Origin: Podarcis tiliguerta
Lineage: Eukaryota
Assembly (NCBI GenBank): GCA_965153285.1
Contig: OZ229115.1
DNA: 64,000 bases
Strand: one strand, 5' to 3'
The notes under the pieces: model-generated
Seen by the model: the letters and a program-made list of their open reading frames with translations, nothing else
Told to the model about the DNA's origin: nothing
Databases searched by the model: none
Made by a program: the position numbers and the translations under genes
In this document: positions 37,201 through 50,505 of the stretch, one piece after another
Position numbering within the stretch: the first letter of the stretch is position 1
How the letters are laid out: every line of letters begins with the position of its first letter

Positions 37201-40200
37201 CACAGCCCATTATACCCTGAAATTCAACAATCTTTGTGTTCACATAAAGCACTAGAAACCAAAGAACCCACCCTACATATTCTCTGTTTGCAAAGGATGA
37301 GAATCTATTTCAAACATTTTATTGAGCCACACCTGAAGTTAAAACTATTACTGCCTGCAGCTAATCATGGGAGTGTGAAAGAAAAAACACCCAGCTTGTC
37401 TAAACAAAACAACATAATAGAAAACATTAACCTGATCCTCCAAAGATGACAGACTTGTACATTTTATAGCTTAACACAGGAAAATCTATGGATATATATA
37501 CAGAGTGTGTGGGTTGTTGTCTTATAAATGATATAAAAGCTGCCCAAATGAAGCCTAACTTTTACTGCTGTTCTCACATTCTCTTATAATGCTGTTCTCA
37601 CATCTCATTCTCTTATAATGGCAATAGTTTCCACCTGAGAGGTGCTGGAACTGAGTTCCAGCTAAAAAAAAAAAAAAGCCCTGCTTGCTATTACTTTTTG
37701 GAAATATTTATTAAAAACCCATCACAATTTGCTTTGTCCCCAAATGGATGACTTGCTTCAATAAGCTAATTTGAGGTACTTTTTGTGCAGTTTGCCTTTT
37801 TGGGGTTTTTTTTTTTGTTACTGGTCTTGATTCTATGCCTTAACATCAGGGTGGCATGCAAAAAGCTGTGAAACAACACTTTTTGTGACTTGTACATAAA
37901 GTGACACTATAAACTTTCAACTTCTTAATTTTTGTATCCCAGGCCACTGTTAAATGCTTGCTCTCTGTTCCTGTGCCTTTAACAATAAAGCTACTCAATT
38001 TAAGTTCACAGGAAGGGAAGATGGGCTGATGGATGATCACACAATCTGAAAGCTTAGCTGACAGTCCACCTATTTCCAGATAAATAAACATAAAAACATT
38101 AAAAAGTTTTTCCTCTCCATGAACCTGAATAGTTCTCCATGCCTTTATCAGTGTTACTCTTATTTCTACAGGTGGTTTTTTTAAATAAAAGAAACACACA
38201 CTATGTTTTTCAGGAAGAAAAACCAGCTGATGGGAAGTCAAAGTGAATAGACATTTTCAAGTGGGATTTGCAAATAAAGGAAGTTTTTTCAAGCAATTGT
38301 AGAACAATATATATCTACCATGAATCTTATCCTAAAGCAACGAGGGTTAAATGTTGCATAACAAGAAAAATAAACATTATGTTAGGCCTACTGTTACTTA
38401 ACTTAAAAATGTGGACAAGTCAGACCAGCTGTGTAACAGTCAATGCTTTTACAGTAATAAATTCTGACAGCAGAAATAAAAAGAATGCATTATCGAGGTA
38501 TCATCAAATGGGTTCTGTCAGTACATAGGAACTCCACCCTGTATAAGCTTGTCAAAAAGTGTTACTGTAATCCATTGAGAAGTCTCCTCCTCAGGCAAGA
38601 GAGGAAAAAATGCATAAGGAGGAGGCTCAAAACAGGTGTGTTGAATTGTAATACCATTATTTAATCACAAATCTCTTCTCATTAGTTTCATATGTGACAA
38701 ATTCAGGCTCTATTCTTGCCTATCATGCAATGCTAGAATCATCACTCAACAGTCAAGTTAAAAGCCAAATGTAAACAATGAAACTGTGGACATGTCTTTT
38801 TAACACTGTACACTCCTCAAACACAAAAGGCTTAATAAATTACTGCCATTTCTCTTGGAGCTACCAGCTAGGTCTCCAGTAACAATATGAGACTGAAGGA
38901 AATTATATTTCTCAATTAAAATTGGACTTCCTTCGGATAGAAACAGCCACTTTCTCTGGCTCACTTTTTTCCAAAGCTGCTACTGCTCAGGATAACATTG
39001 CCAATTCATTATGATAATATACTACAATTTAATCCACAGGCATTTAGGGTGTAATCCTAAAGCCAGTAGGAGACCAGCTGTGGACCTCTGGATTCAGAGT
39101 CCCATTCCATCAGAGAAGGAAAGCCCACTGGTATGATGGCACGCATGCTGCTAGAAGATCCCTGGTACACCCACAGAAAGGTCTGTCAGTGCAGATGTCC
39201 CACTGGTTGTGTTTTGCTGGTGGAGGTAGTGAAACAAGGGCAGCTAAGGATCTGTAAGACCTCAAGATCTCTTGAATTCCCAACGTGCCCATAAGAAGCC
39301 CTCAACTACACTGTTCCGAGAGCCGGCATGGCTAATTGCTTCTCACTGAACACAATGGCAAGGGAGTAAATGAAGGAAAGCAGCCCCACCAAGAAAGGTA
39401 GAATCCCCACCCCTACTTCCCACTCAGGCTGGAGTCAAGCTGGCAGGGCATTGGAAGTGGTGCTAGCTCTGTTACCTTACTCAGAAATTATGGGAAGCCA
39501 CTCTTGTGGGATTGAAAAATACCCACCACTCCCTAAAGTACTTAAGTTATCTGAATTTTAGGCCTCTATCTACATGTTTGCTAAAACTGTGCAGTATCTC
39601 AGTTTTGTCTTACTTTTCTTCTTCAGTTAGCCTCAGTGATACTAGAAGAGTTCTATCCTCTATCTACAATTAACTGAAAAACCCAGCTCCACATTATGAC
39701 ACCTAGCAAAGGATACTGTGTTAAATCCTATGCAAAAGTGTGTCACATTGTTATTCATGATTTGAAGACTTCTAAGCATATAAATATATGAAAAGGGTAA
39801 CGTTCCAAATTTTCATACTGGGTCATTGTCGATTCCCCCCACCCTAGCTTGAATATATATTCTTTGAACATACAGAACCATTCTTTTGTGCCTCCATGTA
39901 CAAAAAAAATATACATGTTGACTTAGAAAAAAATAACAGCCAAAAACCTCGGAAGAACTTTCTGTTTATCTTTTTGTGGTTTATGATGGCTTACAATTGT
40001 TACTAGGAAAACAGTAACAGAAACCGGAATCTGTATCCTGCTTGCTATTGTCACATTTTGAAAGAATGTTCATGTAAATGCATTAAGATCTTCACTAGAA
40101 AAAGGAGTTGCTGTTTAAACAGAAGTTGTCAGGAACAAGGCTTATAAAAAAGAGTTACATGTTAGCTAGCAAACCACGAAAAAACAATATTTTTTTTCAC

Positions 40201-43071
40201 ATGCCAACGCCTCTTGCTAAGTACATAATATATGGATTACTTCACTACCTGTTTAGCACATTATTTTATCTAGTGAATTGCATTTCTCTTAAAGACACTG
40301 AGGAATAAAGCTGGTTTTATTCCTCAAATGTTCTTACAGGTTTGAAATGAATTGCAGACACTATGTTTATGTTAAGTTGTTAACTATTTTGCCTTTCCAA
40401 AGAAAACCATTCCACTTCTGGTTTTTTTGTACTTCCAGGATATGTGAAAAGGGAGAAAGGTGCATGCATGTTCTCCCCTGGGAAAAAAACCCACAAGAGA
40501 GATGCAGAAACACAATACTGGAAGCATGAATTACTGGCACAATTATTTTTTGCTACTTCTCTGAAAGTGAGAAGCCATCTTATGCTTCCTGGTGTTTGAA
40601 ACCAACATGTGAGTCAATAAACCAACACAGCCTATATCGGCCATGTTTGGTGGTTGACCAAAGACTCAATAATCTGCCTGTTTATATTGCCTGCCTGGGA
40701 CTGTAAGACCATTGTGCCAGTGCTGCTGCTGACAAGCAGCTGGAAACCACAGCTGAAGACTGCATTTGGCTTGACATGTGCACAACGCTATCTTGGTAGC
40801 TGAAAGGAAAGGGAACAAGGCTATAACGATATCTCAGCCAATCCAATTTGAGCTGCCCAGTCAGCAGCACATGGCACACTGTAGTCTCCCTGCCCCAATC
40901 AGTAAATAACTAGCATTCCTATTGTACAGACAGTGGCAGTGCTGGTGCTACTCTACCTGTTCTCACTAACTGCAGGTCAGGGAAGGAGACTGATTACTCT
41001 CAGAAATACTCCAGAGAGAGGCTATAACACCAGAGTCCCGCTGCCTACAACATGGGTTTGTGAGCACCATGCTTAACATAGAAAGTAGACCTTATTGAGA
41101 GAAAATCAGAGCCTGTTAGAATAAAACCAGTTTTTGAAATGGTACCCCTAGTCATCCCTAACAACCAGAAGGTAACAAAGAATGGGGCAATGGAGTAGGC
41201 CATACATATCTTCACAAGCCATCCATTAGGCAGGTACAATTAGGCAGCAACTTAAAAACATGGCAACTATGATTTTAAAATCTGCACAACAATATAGAGT
41301 GGAATCCAGATGTTGCCCTTGTGATCACAGAAAAGCTTTTGATTCACGGGGCACCTCTGCTAAGTGATGATGAGAGAGACAATTATTGCAAATTCGCCCT
41401 TCCTCCGAAAGCTCCCTGCACTACCTTTCACTTTGGGCTGGAAGGTCTCTAAACTCTGAAGCCAATTTACAAGGGGTACTGTAGGGCTGCTGCAGCTCCT
41501 CCTCCTTTCTTCCATTAATGGAGGCATCTGTTGGCTCAGAAGCCCTTCTGGGAGTGCAAGGGTACCTCGGCCCTCTTTTGCATACTAAACAGCCCTATCA
41601 TTTGAGACCTGAAACGCTTCCATGAAGTTTATTTTAAAAATAATATATCATCTCATGGTTACCTTCTGTTATAATGCAATGAAGATTCAACGATATTATG
41701 CATCAAATTTCATAAATTTATGCAATCCTCATAACTAAAAATTCTATCAAGAATAGAAAGGAATTAGAGTAGAGAGAGAAAATGGATATGGTAGATAGAA
41801 ATGCAGGTGACATACATTCATATTATTACATAAAATAATCAGTAAATCTTGTACTAATGAGAAACAAGACTTAAATGGCTGAAAAATGTATTTAGTGCAT
41901 TATTGTCAATCAATGTCTCTACAACCAGGATAACAATAATCTTGAATGGCAACACACCTATTATTACAAATTCCTAACTAAGTACTTCATTACTCGCAAA
42001 TGTCACTCCCAATTTACAGAGTAACAGATAAATGTCTCATTACTGTATACCTGTCTTGTGTCTCCTTTTTTTTTGTAAAACTGAAACACTGTGACAGTTC
42101 TGGAAAACTTTATACTTCCACTAGCTCATTTAGTTTGAATGAAAGAGACCTGTACGGTAATGTATATTTTTATTATTATATACTGAAAGCTACCTTTGCT
42201 AGAGTACTAAAGTATGATTGTTTTCCTATTTTTTAATCATGAGGGTAAGGAATGAAAGAAGTGGTAAGTTTTTAGTAGAGTGAAGCCAAATTCCTAGTAA
42301 GAAAGAAATGATGAGAATAATCTCCCCATACAATAAGCTGCTTTGAACATGTGAAAGGTCGATTAAAAACATGAGATGGACTTCTGCTACAACCAACTTC
42401 TGCTATATTTTGTTCTATAGCATTTCCATTATTTCTATTACATTACTGTGATGTTATATGTTTCAGGCTACCAACCTTATTATTTACAATTTCCATCTTA
42501 TTTTTTAGCTGACACACTTTCTTTTTTAATCAACATTACGAAAACCAGTATGAACAGTACATAACAGTTTTTAAATTTGCCGTTCAATACTTGTGCCTTT
42601 CCAGGTGCAATAATTCCCCCCGCCCCATTCAGATGATTTCCTCAAGAGATAATTTCCCCCAGTACTCAAATATTTAGCCATTAGATTGCTTTTGCAAACG
42701 CTATGAAATTTCTAAGGGTCACAGGTGATACTAGGATCCTCCCCTCTCTCCGATCCATTAAATTATTAAATTTTTTATTTTGTGTTCTATCAGCACCTCT
42801 TACCAGTTTATTGTTGTAGCATTTCAGTATCAAATGTTCACCTTTCCCTGTTCATCTTTCCCATTTAAAATAAAGCAAACACCTGTCAAAGCTCCCTTCC
42901 CTCTGTAACATATCGTGACATATAATGAACCTTAGCTTTTTATTTTATTTATTTAAAAGCTATATATTCATTTTTAGCACTGATGCTCACTTCTGCTCTG
43001 ACTTCTTTTAGAACGCTACAGGTGATGGCTGCTCTCTTGTACAACTGGACACGGCTGCTGTCCGTTACATG

Positions 43072-43201
43072 CAGGGGTGGAGAACCTCCAAATGTTGCTG
43101 AACTGCAACTTCCATCAGCTCTATCAAGCATGGCCAATGACCATGGATGATGGGGGCTTTAGTTCAGCAACATCTGGAGGGCCAAAGGTTTCCCACACCT
43201 G
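43072..43201. mobile_element. Degenerate hAT-type MITE related to 5091-5226
   Basis: CAGGGGTGGAGAACC...GGTTTCCCACACCTG ends; internal atgttgctgaact/agttcagcaacat inverted repeat. No clear TSD. Confidence 0.75.
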
Positions 43202-43512
43202 TGTTAGCGCATCCTGGTATTAGCGTGACTTGATGAAAAGGAGAGTAGCCGCGTCCAGTTGTACAAGAGAGATCATTAGGTGGAACTTCTCTTACTTGTG
43301 CAGTAAAAACCTGCAAAAACTTCTTCTTTGCCCAACTATTAAAGCCACAGGAGCCTTGTTTTCTTTAGCATCCGGTCGTACAATGTGAAATTGGTGCTGA
43401 ATTGGGGGCCGGACAGATCTAGTGCTATGAATAGAATCCAATATTTTTTAATTGTCTGGAAAGGCCTTTACTCGAAATTCACCAGATATCTGGAGTGATG
43501 TCCAGCTCTCAC

Positions 43513-43601
43513 CTCATCTTTTATGTCTTCCTGCTGCTGAGCACCGAAGATCTCCATTGCAGCCATCAGCCTCATCATTAGCTCATCCACTGTTGTGTTA
43601 C
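43513..43601 (-). CDS. FAF1: FAF1 coding exon (about exon 15)
   Basis: (G)NTTVDELMMRLMAAMEIFGAQQQEDIKDE, inside ORF 43468..43665. Acceptor ttgctag, donor GAG|gtgaga; 89 bp, phase 1 to 0. Confidence 0.97.
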
Positions 43602-45279
43602 CTAGCAACAAAGAAAGATAGCTGAACTTCATATTATTAAAGTTATTAAAAAACCAGAAAGTCATTCTAGAATTAATCCAAAAGGAATACCTAGCAGGGG
43701 TTTTTATAAGTCATAATAAGAATATGAGATGAGATTCTTAGAATATTTTCTGTTTATCGGTGGGCTGCCCCCCACAAGTTTCTAATTTTTCCAATAAAAT
43801 GTAAGCACAAGCATAGACAAAAGTATTTATTCTGAACTGATTGATGATGCTTTCTGTTATATTTTCCTGTAGGTGAAAATAGGATCACTAAACAGGAAGA
43901 GAAGGTTTTTTTTATTTCTTTCAGGTAGCTGAAAGAAGCATGTTTTAAAAAATATTGTCAAACTGATATGTAAAATTTGGGGTAGCTTCAAAGAAGAATT
44001 TGAGGGCATTAGCGCAAAACGCTTTCCACAGAGTAGTTTCAATTGTATCCAAATTCTTCCAGACTTTTATACTGCATCTCAAATAGCAGTATATATATAT
44101 CCTGTTTGTCCCTTGAAATCCTACCCTTCCTTTCACATTAGTCCAAATATTGTTAAAATCCATTCTATGGACCTGTCAGGTTTTCATTCCTGGGTGGCAA
44201 CAGCAATTCTCTATTCTCCAATGCAAGGTGGGCTGACGTGCAAGAAGATGGTAGCTTCACTTCTTTCCATTATTTTCCAAGTGAGATTTTGCTTGCTCTC
44301 CACAGCAATACCGGCTGCATTTGGCATTGTGAAATTTTGAATTTCAAATGCCGACCTTTCAGAAATCAGGATGTCTGGGACAACATACACACTAAATTTA
44401 AACTTGGAAAAGCAATGCCAAGAGTACAGAGAGGAACTTTTTATATGATAAAACATTAAACTGCCACAGCTTTGATTAGATTTGGACCCTTGTTTTGCTT
44501 TCAAATGCCGGCAGGCAGACTCCTTCAGTTATGGAAATCTCAACTTGAAATCTACAATATTTCAATATTTTAAGAGTTCCAAATTAAGAATGTTGCAAGA
44601 TATCTGAATTCAATGACTCAAAACATAAAGGACTCTGCCCTGGTTATAACATCTCTTCATCCCATTTAATTTTCACAATAATGCTATAGGGCAGGCTAAA
44701 ATGGGACATGATAGCTTGCCCAAAGTCTTTAAGACTGAGACCCTATATGTAGACTTACCTGGACAGAAATCCCATTGAAGACAAGGGAGCTTATATCTGA
44801 ATGGATATGCACAAGAATGCTCTAATCCTAAGAACACTTACCGGAGAGTACTTTTGTAGTAAAATCCTATGCATGTTTACTTAAATCAGCCTCAATGCTG
44901 GAAATCTGAAAGGAGATCTATTCTAACAACGAACTTGAATTCCTGTTTCTAAAGCTCTAGCTACAGAAAACTTATCATTCACAGTCTGTCAGTTGTTTTC
45001 ATTTTTTTGTATACTTGCTGGTAGGCATGAAAAATAAAAGCCATTTGTCACTATTTACACTATACTCCTCTTCATTATTAGAGATGCAAAGAGTAAGAAA
45101 ATCAGTTTTGGCCGTAGTAAATGCAAATGAGTATAGTATAAATGCACTGCACTTTACATTTCACTAAGAGATACTTTCTGAACTAAAGAAGATAAACTAT
45201 ATTCTAGAGAGGACCGGCGGCAAATTAACTTGGAAGTTTCAAGAAGGAACATATGCCCAATAGAACCAAAAAACGGTAC

Positions 45280-45416
45280 CTTGTATTACATTCAGCACCT
45301 CATTCGATGATCGTTTCCCCATAATAATAAGGAAAAGTGGAAACTGATCTGTTTTCTGAGTTCGAATAGTTTGAGCTACAACGCTACCAAAGTGTCTCGT
45401 GCACATTGTTAGAAAC
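45280..45416 (-). CDS. FAF1: FAF1 coding exon (about exon 14), UAS domain
   Basis: FLTMCTRHFGSVVAQTIRTQKTDQFPLFLIIMGKRSSNEVLNVIQ(G), inside ORF 45239..45433. Acceptor ttttccag, donor G|gtaccg; 137 bp, phase 2 to 1. Confidence 0.97.
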
Positions 45417-45555
45417 CTGGAAAACAGAAACATTTAAAGGGGGATGGAAATTTTGTAAACAATGTTCACTTTATTAAAGAAAAGAAAGGTTATTAGATTT
45501 GGACTAAATTAGCGAGTTTCAAAAGTCCTGCTTGTTCACTTTGTAACCATATCAT

Positions 45556-45633
45556 TGTCAATATTGCCATTTATCCTGTCAATATTCCCATTTATCAATA
45601 TTTATCAAAGTCAACATTCCCATTTATCATATT
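45556..45633. repeat. Degenerate minisatellite with a unit of about 20 bp (TGTCAATATTCCCATTTATC)
   Basis: 3-4 degenerate units about 140-220 bp upstream (minus-strand sense) of the exon-14 acceptor. Confidence 0.7.
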
Positions 45634-47441
45634 CAGAGCTATCAAATTCCATCCTGCAGCAAGTTGGTTCTCATACTGCAGAAAATGAATACCACATTTT
45701 AAAATAATGAATGCACCAATGCAAACTATTTTTTCCCTGAACAGAAGAGAATGGAATTAGTCACAATCCCAAGAAAGACCGAGGTCAGCCCAAGACATTT
45801 CGAGGTTTAAATAGCATGTTCTACTCTGCAATGTGATGTAGAACAAGATACTCAAAGCTTGTAGTATATTTTAACAGGCCTCCTGGTGATGAAATCTATA
45901 GTTTATTTTTATGTTATCACAAATATATAAAACAATTGGGGCCTCTCAATATGGAAAGAGGGATGAGAAATTTGGTTATCCTCTTACAGCAATCCCAAGG
46001 CCAGATAAAACAAACTTTTTACCAGGGGCAGTGTGCCTTGGCATTCACAATTAAAGTGGTTAACAGGTTAATAAATATGGGGTCTATCTGCTCCAAAGGC
46101 ATTGCTAAAATAAAGAACAAATAAGAGAAAAACGGGGGATGTGAAAGAGTGCTAAATGATATGAATAAATTCTACTCCAATAATATATCTCCATATGCTT
46201 TAACATCTGGGGAAGCAAGTCTACAATACATTCTCCTTTCATTCACTGCCAAGGCAAGCATGGACTTATGTCACACATTCATGTCTGGTAGAATTCTCAA
46301 CTTTCAGACCATTAACACTAATCATATGGCTGTTAACAGCACTTAGAACATTTAGAGCAAGCACTTGGAATGCATACACATCACACCATTTTACTATTAC
46401 CTACAATAATTGTCTTGAAAGGCTTCTGGAAGTGCTGCAATGGAAGGAGGAAGAAAAGTGATGATGTGTGGGGTCTAGGGAAGTTTTCCTTCCATTTTTG
46501 GGTCCCGCGCTCTGGTGTGAGACAAGTGACTTACGCCACAGGGTGGGACAAAAAAACCCTCCTGTCTTTTGGTCCCACGATCTGGCATGGCTAAGCCAAA
46601 GCGGGACATCTGGGATTGGGATCAGAAGCCTTTCATGGAGTTTAACAAAATAATCAAACAAAAATTCAAATATCCCCAAATACATATTAAGACACTAAAA
46701 ACACTGCATCAAACTGCAATCACCAACTTTATCAATACAGTAGCAACAACATATCTGTTGGACTCCAGATAATATTTAACCTCAAAGACTCAGGAAAAAA
46801 TGCATGTTCAATTGGCTTTGGAAAACTGACAATAAGAGGAACAAGTTAATCCCTACAGGGAGAGAGTTCCACACCTGGGGTGTGACGACAGAGAAGGCAC
46901 CCTATGAGGGTAACCTCTGCTTCACTGCATCTCCTGAAGTGTTTTTGAACAAATCTTTCAAGAGTCCAACAGAATTTCAACACTGAATTTTGTTGAAATT
47001 TCTAAAAATGAATGAAACTGACTGAAGTACCACTTCCTGGGATTTCAGAAGTGCTAGAATCAGTTTCCTTAAGATAAGTCTCTTACTCAGGCAGAAAAAA
47101 AAAGAGTTCTACTTAGAATTCTGCATGCTGTTTCTAATTTTCAAACACAAAACATTTAACCATGTTTTGAGCACCAAGCGCCACCTGTTTACCAAGAGCA
47201 GGAAAGATAGAGAAAGCAGTTATGATTGCAGTCATATACTCCCTTACTTGGAAGTAAGCCCCATTGAACTCAGTGGTTTTCACTTCTCGGCCAATGTAAA
47301 TATGATTGAGTCATATACAAGGTAACTGGTATCTCAGTTACAACTGCTACATATGCACCACACCAGAATAAACTACAAGGCTCAAAGTAATGTAATGATG
47401 CCTTTTAGTTGAATCTTTAGATGCTGAATATGTCATCAAGA

Positions 47442-47966
47442 AGGAAAGCAATGACAAACCTAGACAGCATTTTAAAAAGTAGAGACATCACCTTGCCAAC
47501 AAAGGTCCGTATAGTAAAAGCTATGGTTTTCCCAGTAGTGATGTATGGAAGTGAGAGCTGGACCATAAAGAAGGCTGATCACTGAAGAATTGACGCTTTT
47601 GAATTATGGTGCTGGAGGAGACTCTTGAGAGTCCCATGGACTGCAAGAAGATCAAACGCATCCATTCTTAAGGAAATCAGCCCTGAGTGCTCACTGGAAG
47701 GACAGATCGTGAAGCTGAGGCTCCAATACTTTGGCCACCTCATGAGAAGAGAAGACTCCCTGGAAAAGACCCTGATGTTGGGAAAGATGGAGGGCACAAG
47801 GAGAAGGGGACGACAGAGGACGAGATGGTTAGACAGTGTTCGCAAAGCTACAAACATGAATCTGACCAAACTGCGGGTGGCAGTGGAAGACAGGAGTGCC
47901 TAGCGTGCTCTGGTCCATGGGGTCACAAAGAGTCGGACACGACTGAACGACTAAACAACAACAACA
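47442..47966 (+). mobile_element. Bov-B (RTE) LINE, 5'-truncated 3' fragment
   Basis: Frame RKAMTNLDSILKSRDITLPTKVRIVKAMVFPVVMYGSESWTIKK...LRLQYFGHLMRREDSLEKTLMLGK with two premature stops; (CAA)n tail; 12-bp TSD atgtcatcaaga (47430-47441 and 47967-47978). Confidence 0.95.
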
Positions 47967-48604
47967 ATGTCATCAAGACACAACATACAATACCATCCTG
48001 AAAGCTTCGATGTGCTGTTATTGTTGCATGAAGTTGTGTGGATAACTATGAACACACCAAAACATTAGGGCTCAAAACAACATAGAATGGCACCAGAAAT
48101 CTATCATTGTGGCATCTCACTTCACAGAAGCACCACTTCTGAAATTACCATGGCTCTGTCACACTGTATTGAATGGATAATTGAACTCATCCCAAAAGAA
48201 CTCTAGCAAACCTAACTTTTGCTGTACTTCACATGACTATACACATGACTATACAAATCTGCAAGTATTGTGTATTGTACCCTTTACTAGGTATCAGCAA
48301 CTAAACTTAAGAGCTTCAAATCTAGAAAAAATAAATAACAACAGAATAAAAGTTGGGGACTTATTTAATTATGAAATACATATACTGCTTTATACCTAGA
48401 GATAATATTGTAATATAAAATTTGTAAGTTCAATTAGTAGCAATAAAAATCAATGACTTTTACTCAAGAGTTATGCTTCTGGATATGGTACTAGCCTTCT
48501 TCACTTTCATACTTACTAGTGCAGTCTTAAAACAATAATTCTAAGCTTTTGGCCAAAAAAATGCCTTCATCCATTAGCATACTGAAGTCTGGCATTAGTA
48601 TTCT

Positions 48605-48888
48605 NNNNNNNNNNNNNNNNNNNNNNNNNNNNNNNNNNNNNNNNNNNNNNNNNNNNNNNNNNNNNNNNNNNNNNNNNNNNNNNNNNNNNNNNNNNNNNNN
48701 NNNNNNNNNNNNNNNNNNNNNNNNNNNNNNNNNNNNNNNNNNNNNNNNNNNNNNNNNNNNNNNNNNNNNNNNNNNNNNNNNNNNNNNNNNNNNNNNNNNN
48801 NNNNNNNNNNNNNNNNNNNNNNNNNNNNNNNNNNNNNNNNNNNNNNNNNNNNNNNNNNNNNNNNNNNNNNNNNNNNNNNNNNNNNNNN
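48605..48888. other. Assembly gap (284 N)
   Basis: Run of N. Confidence 1.
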
Positions 48889-49954
48889 GTACAGGCTTAT
48901 TAATTCTTAATTATGTTCATGAAAGGCAACTTAAATCATGTGTTTTCTTATGCCTTATGATAATATTTTAGGTAACAACTGATCTTGAAATGTATGCACT
49001 ATCTGATGAGCAAAGTCCTGTTGTCTCATGCATTAGAAGGTAAATCTATTTGAAAAGACAAGCGGCATTAAAATGTCACAGGCTGAGAAGCATTTGATAT
49101 CAAAATCCAAAACAGAATCACGACACTTCGTTTTCCTATCAGCGGGAAAAATCTCAACATCTACACTTCAGAAACCTAGAATGACAAATAATGGAAGTCA
49201 AAACTAGGCTTGCTGTTGAGAGCTGCTAAAAGTCTGAAAACAAATTAGACCCAACTTTGAATCTCCACTGGCCTCGTTTCAGTAGAATATATAAACTTAA
49301 GATGGAAGCCACGGAACACATTTGTTTATTAAGGGTAAAATTAAGAAAATATTTCAGACTAATGGAAGTGCGTGCAGCATCTTCATTCGAATGCATCATC
49401 AGGCTGCTACCACTGAATGGAAACTAGAGGGTTGTGATGCCAGAGACTCTCTGATGTTACTAGTGGGTGGTGTTTGGCAGCTGCAGAGACTTTCAGGGTA
49501 GTTTGCACTGTGCAAGCTCTATGCTCCTGGAAGAGGACAGTCAGATGGAAGATGTCCTTGGGCTGCGCTTTAAGCAAAGTTACTCAAGAAGACCAGCTGC
49601 TCCAAACTTGAGGATACAGAGAGGACAAATGGCAAAAAAAACCAACAACAAAAAACCTGTGCTGGATATAACTTTGCTCTAATTGTGCCATTCAATTGAC
49701 AGCGTTCTGGCCCAGTCTGCGCACCATGGTAACCAAAGCTCCTGCTTTGCTTCTCCCCTACAGCAAGCATGAGCAACAAACCACAATTGCTGGCTTACTG
49801 TTAGATCTGAACTAGAGACTGTAGTTGATTTCGATTCAACATGAAGCCAAGATTTGTTCTCGGCTTACCAATTGTGGTGGTAATGAACGACAATCCCAAT
49901 TTGGAGTTCCTTGTTGCTGGTACTGCTTCTGGCTTCTGCTTGGCTGGTGTTGAC

Positions 49955-50505
49955 CTGTGACAAGGCTTTTTTGGTAGTGGCTCCCCATTTTTAGAATACA
50001 GTGGTACCTCGGGTTACATACGTTTCAGGTTACATACGCTTCAGGTTACAGACTCCGCTAACCCAGAAATATTACCTCAGGTTAAGAACTTTGCTTCAGG
50101 ATGAGAACAGAAATCGTGCTCTGGTGGCACGGCAGCAGCAGGAGGCCCCATTAGCTAAAGTGGTGCTTCAGGTTAAGAACAGTTTCAGGTTAAGAACAGA
50201 CCTCCGGAATGAATTAAGAATTTAACCCGAGGTACCACTGTAGCTTCCTTGGTGAGGTGCGGTTGTCTCCATTTTGACTTTCAGGAAAAATTTAAAGACA
50301 TTCCTGTTTACCCAAGCATGTGATGGCTATGAACTACTGGCAATGGCAACCTTGAAATTAGTAACTGTGAAGCTATGTGATTGTTTTTAAAAGTTTTAAG
50401 TGGTTTAAAAATGTTTTAAATATGTTTATCTTAAGTTGTTTTGCTTTAATGTAACATTTGCTGCTCTGGGATCCTTTGGGAGAAAAAGCAGCATACAAAT
50501 AAGTA
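49955..50505 (+). mobile_element. Old L2 3' fragment interrupted by a MITE
   Basis: gacaaggcttttttggtagtggctccccatttttagaa|TA|gcttcc...ttaaagacattcctgttt, then a T-rich UTR and tail. Boundaries approximate. Confidence 0.6.
49999..50240. mobile_element. Tigger/pogo-like MITE, family C (242 bp)
   Basis: TA TSD; TIR CAGTGGTACCTCGGGTTA; same length and orientation as 20991-21232, with about 20 substitutions by eye. Confidence 0.93.
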
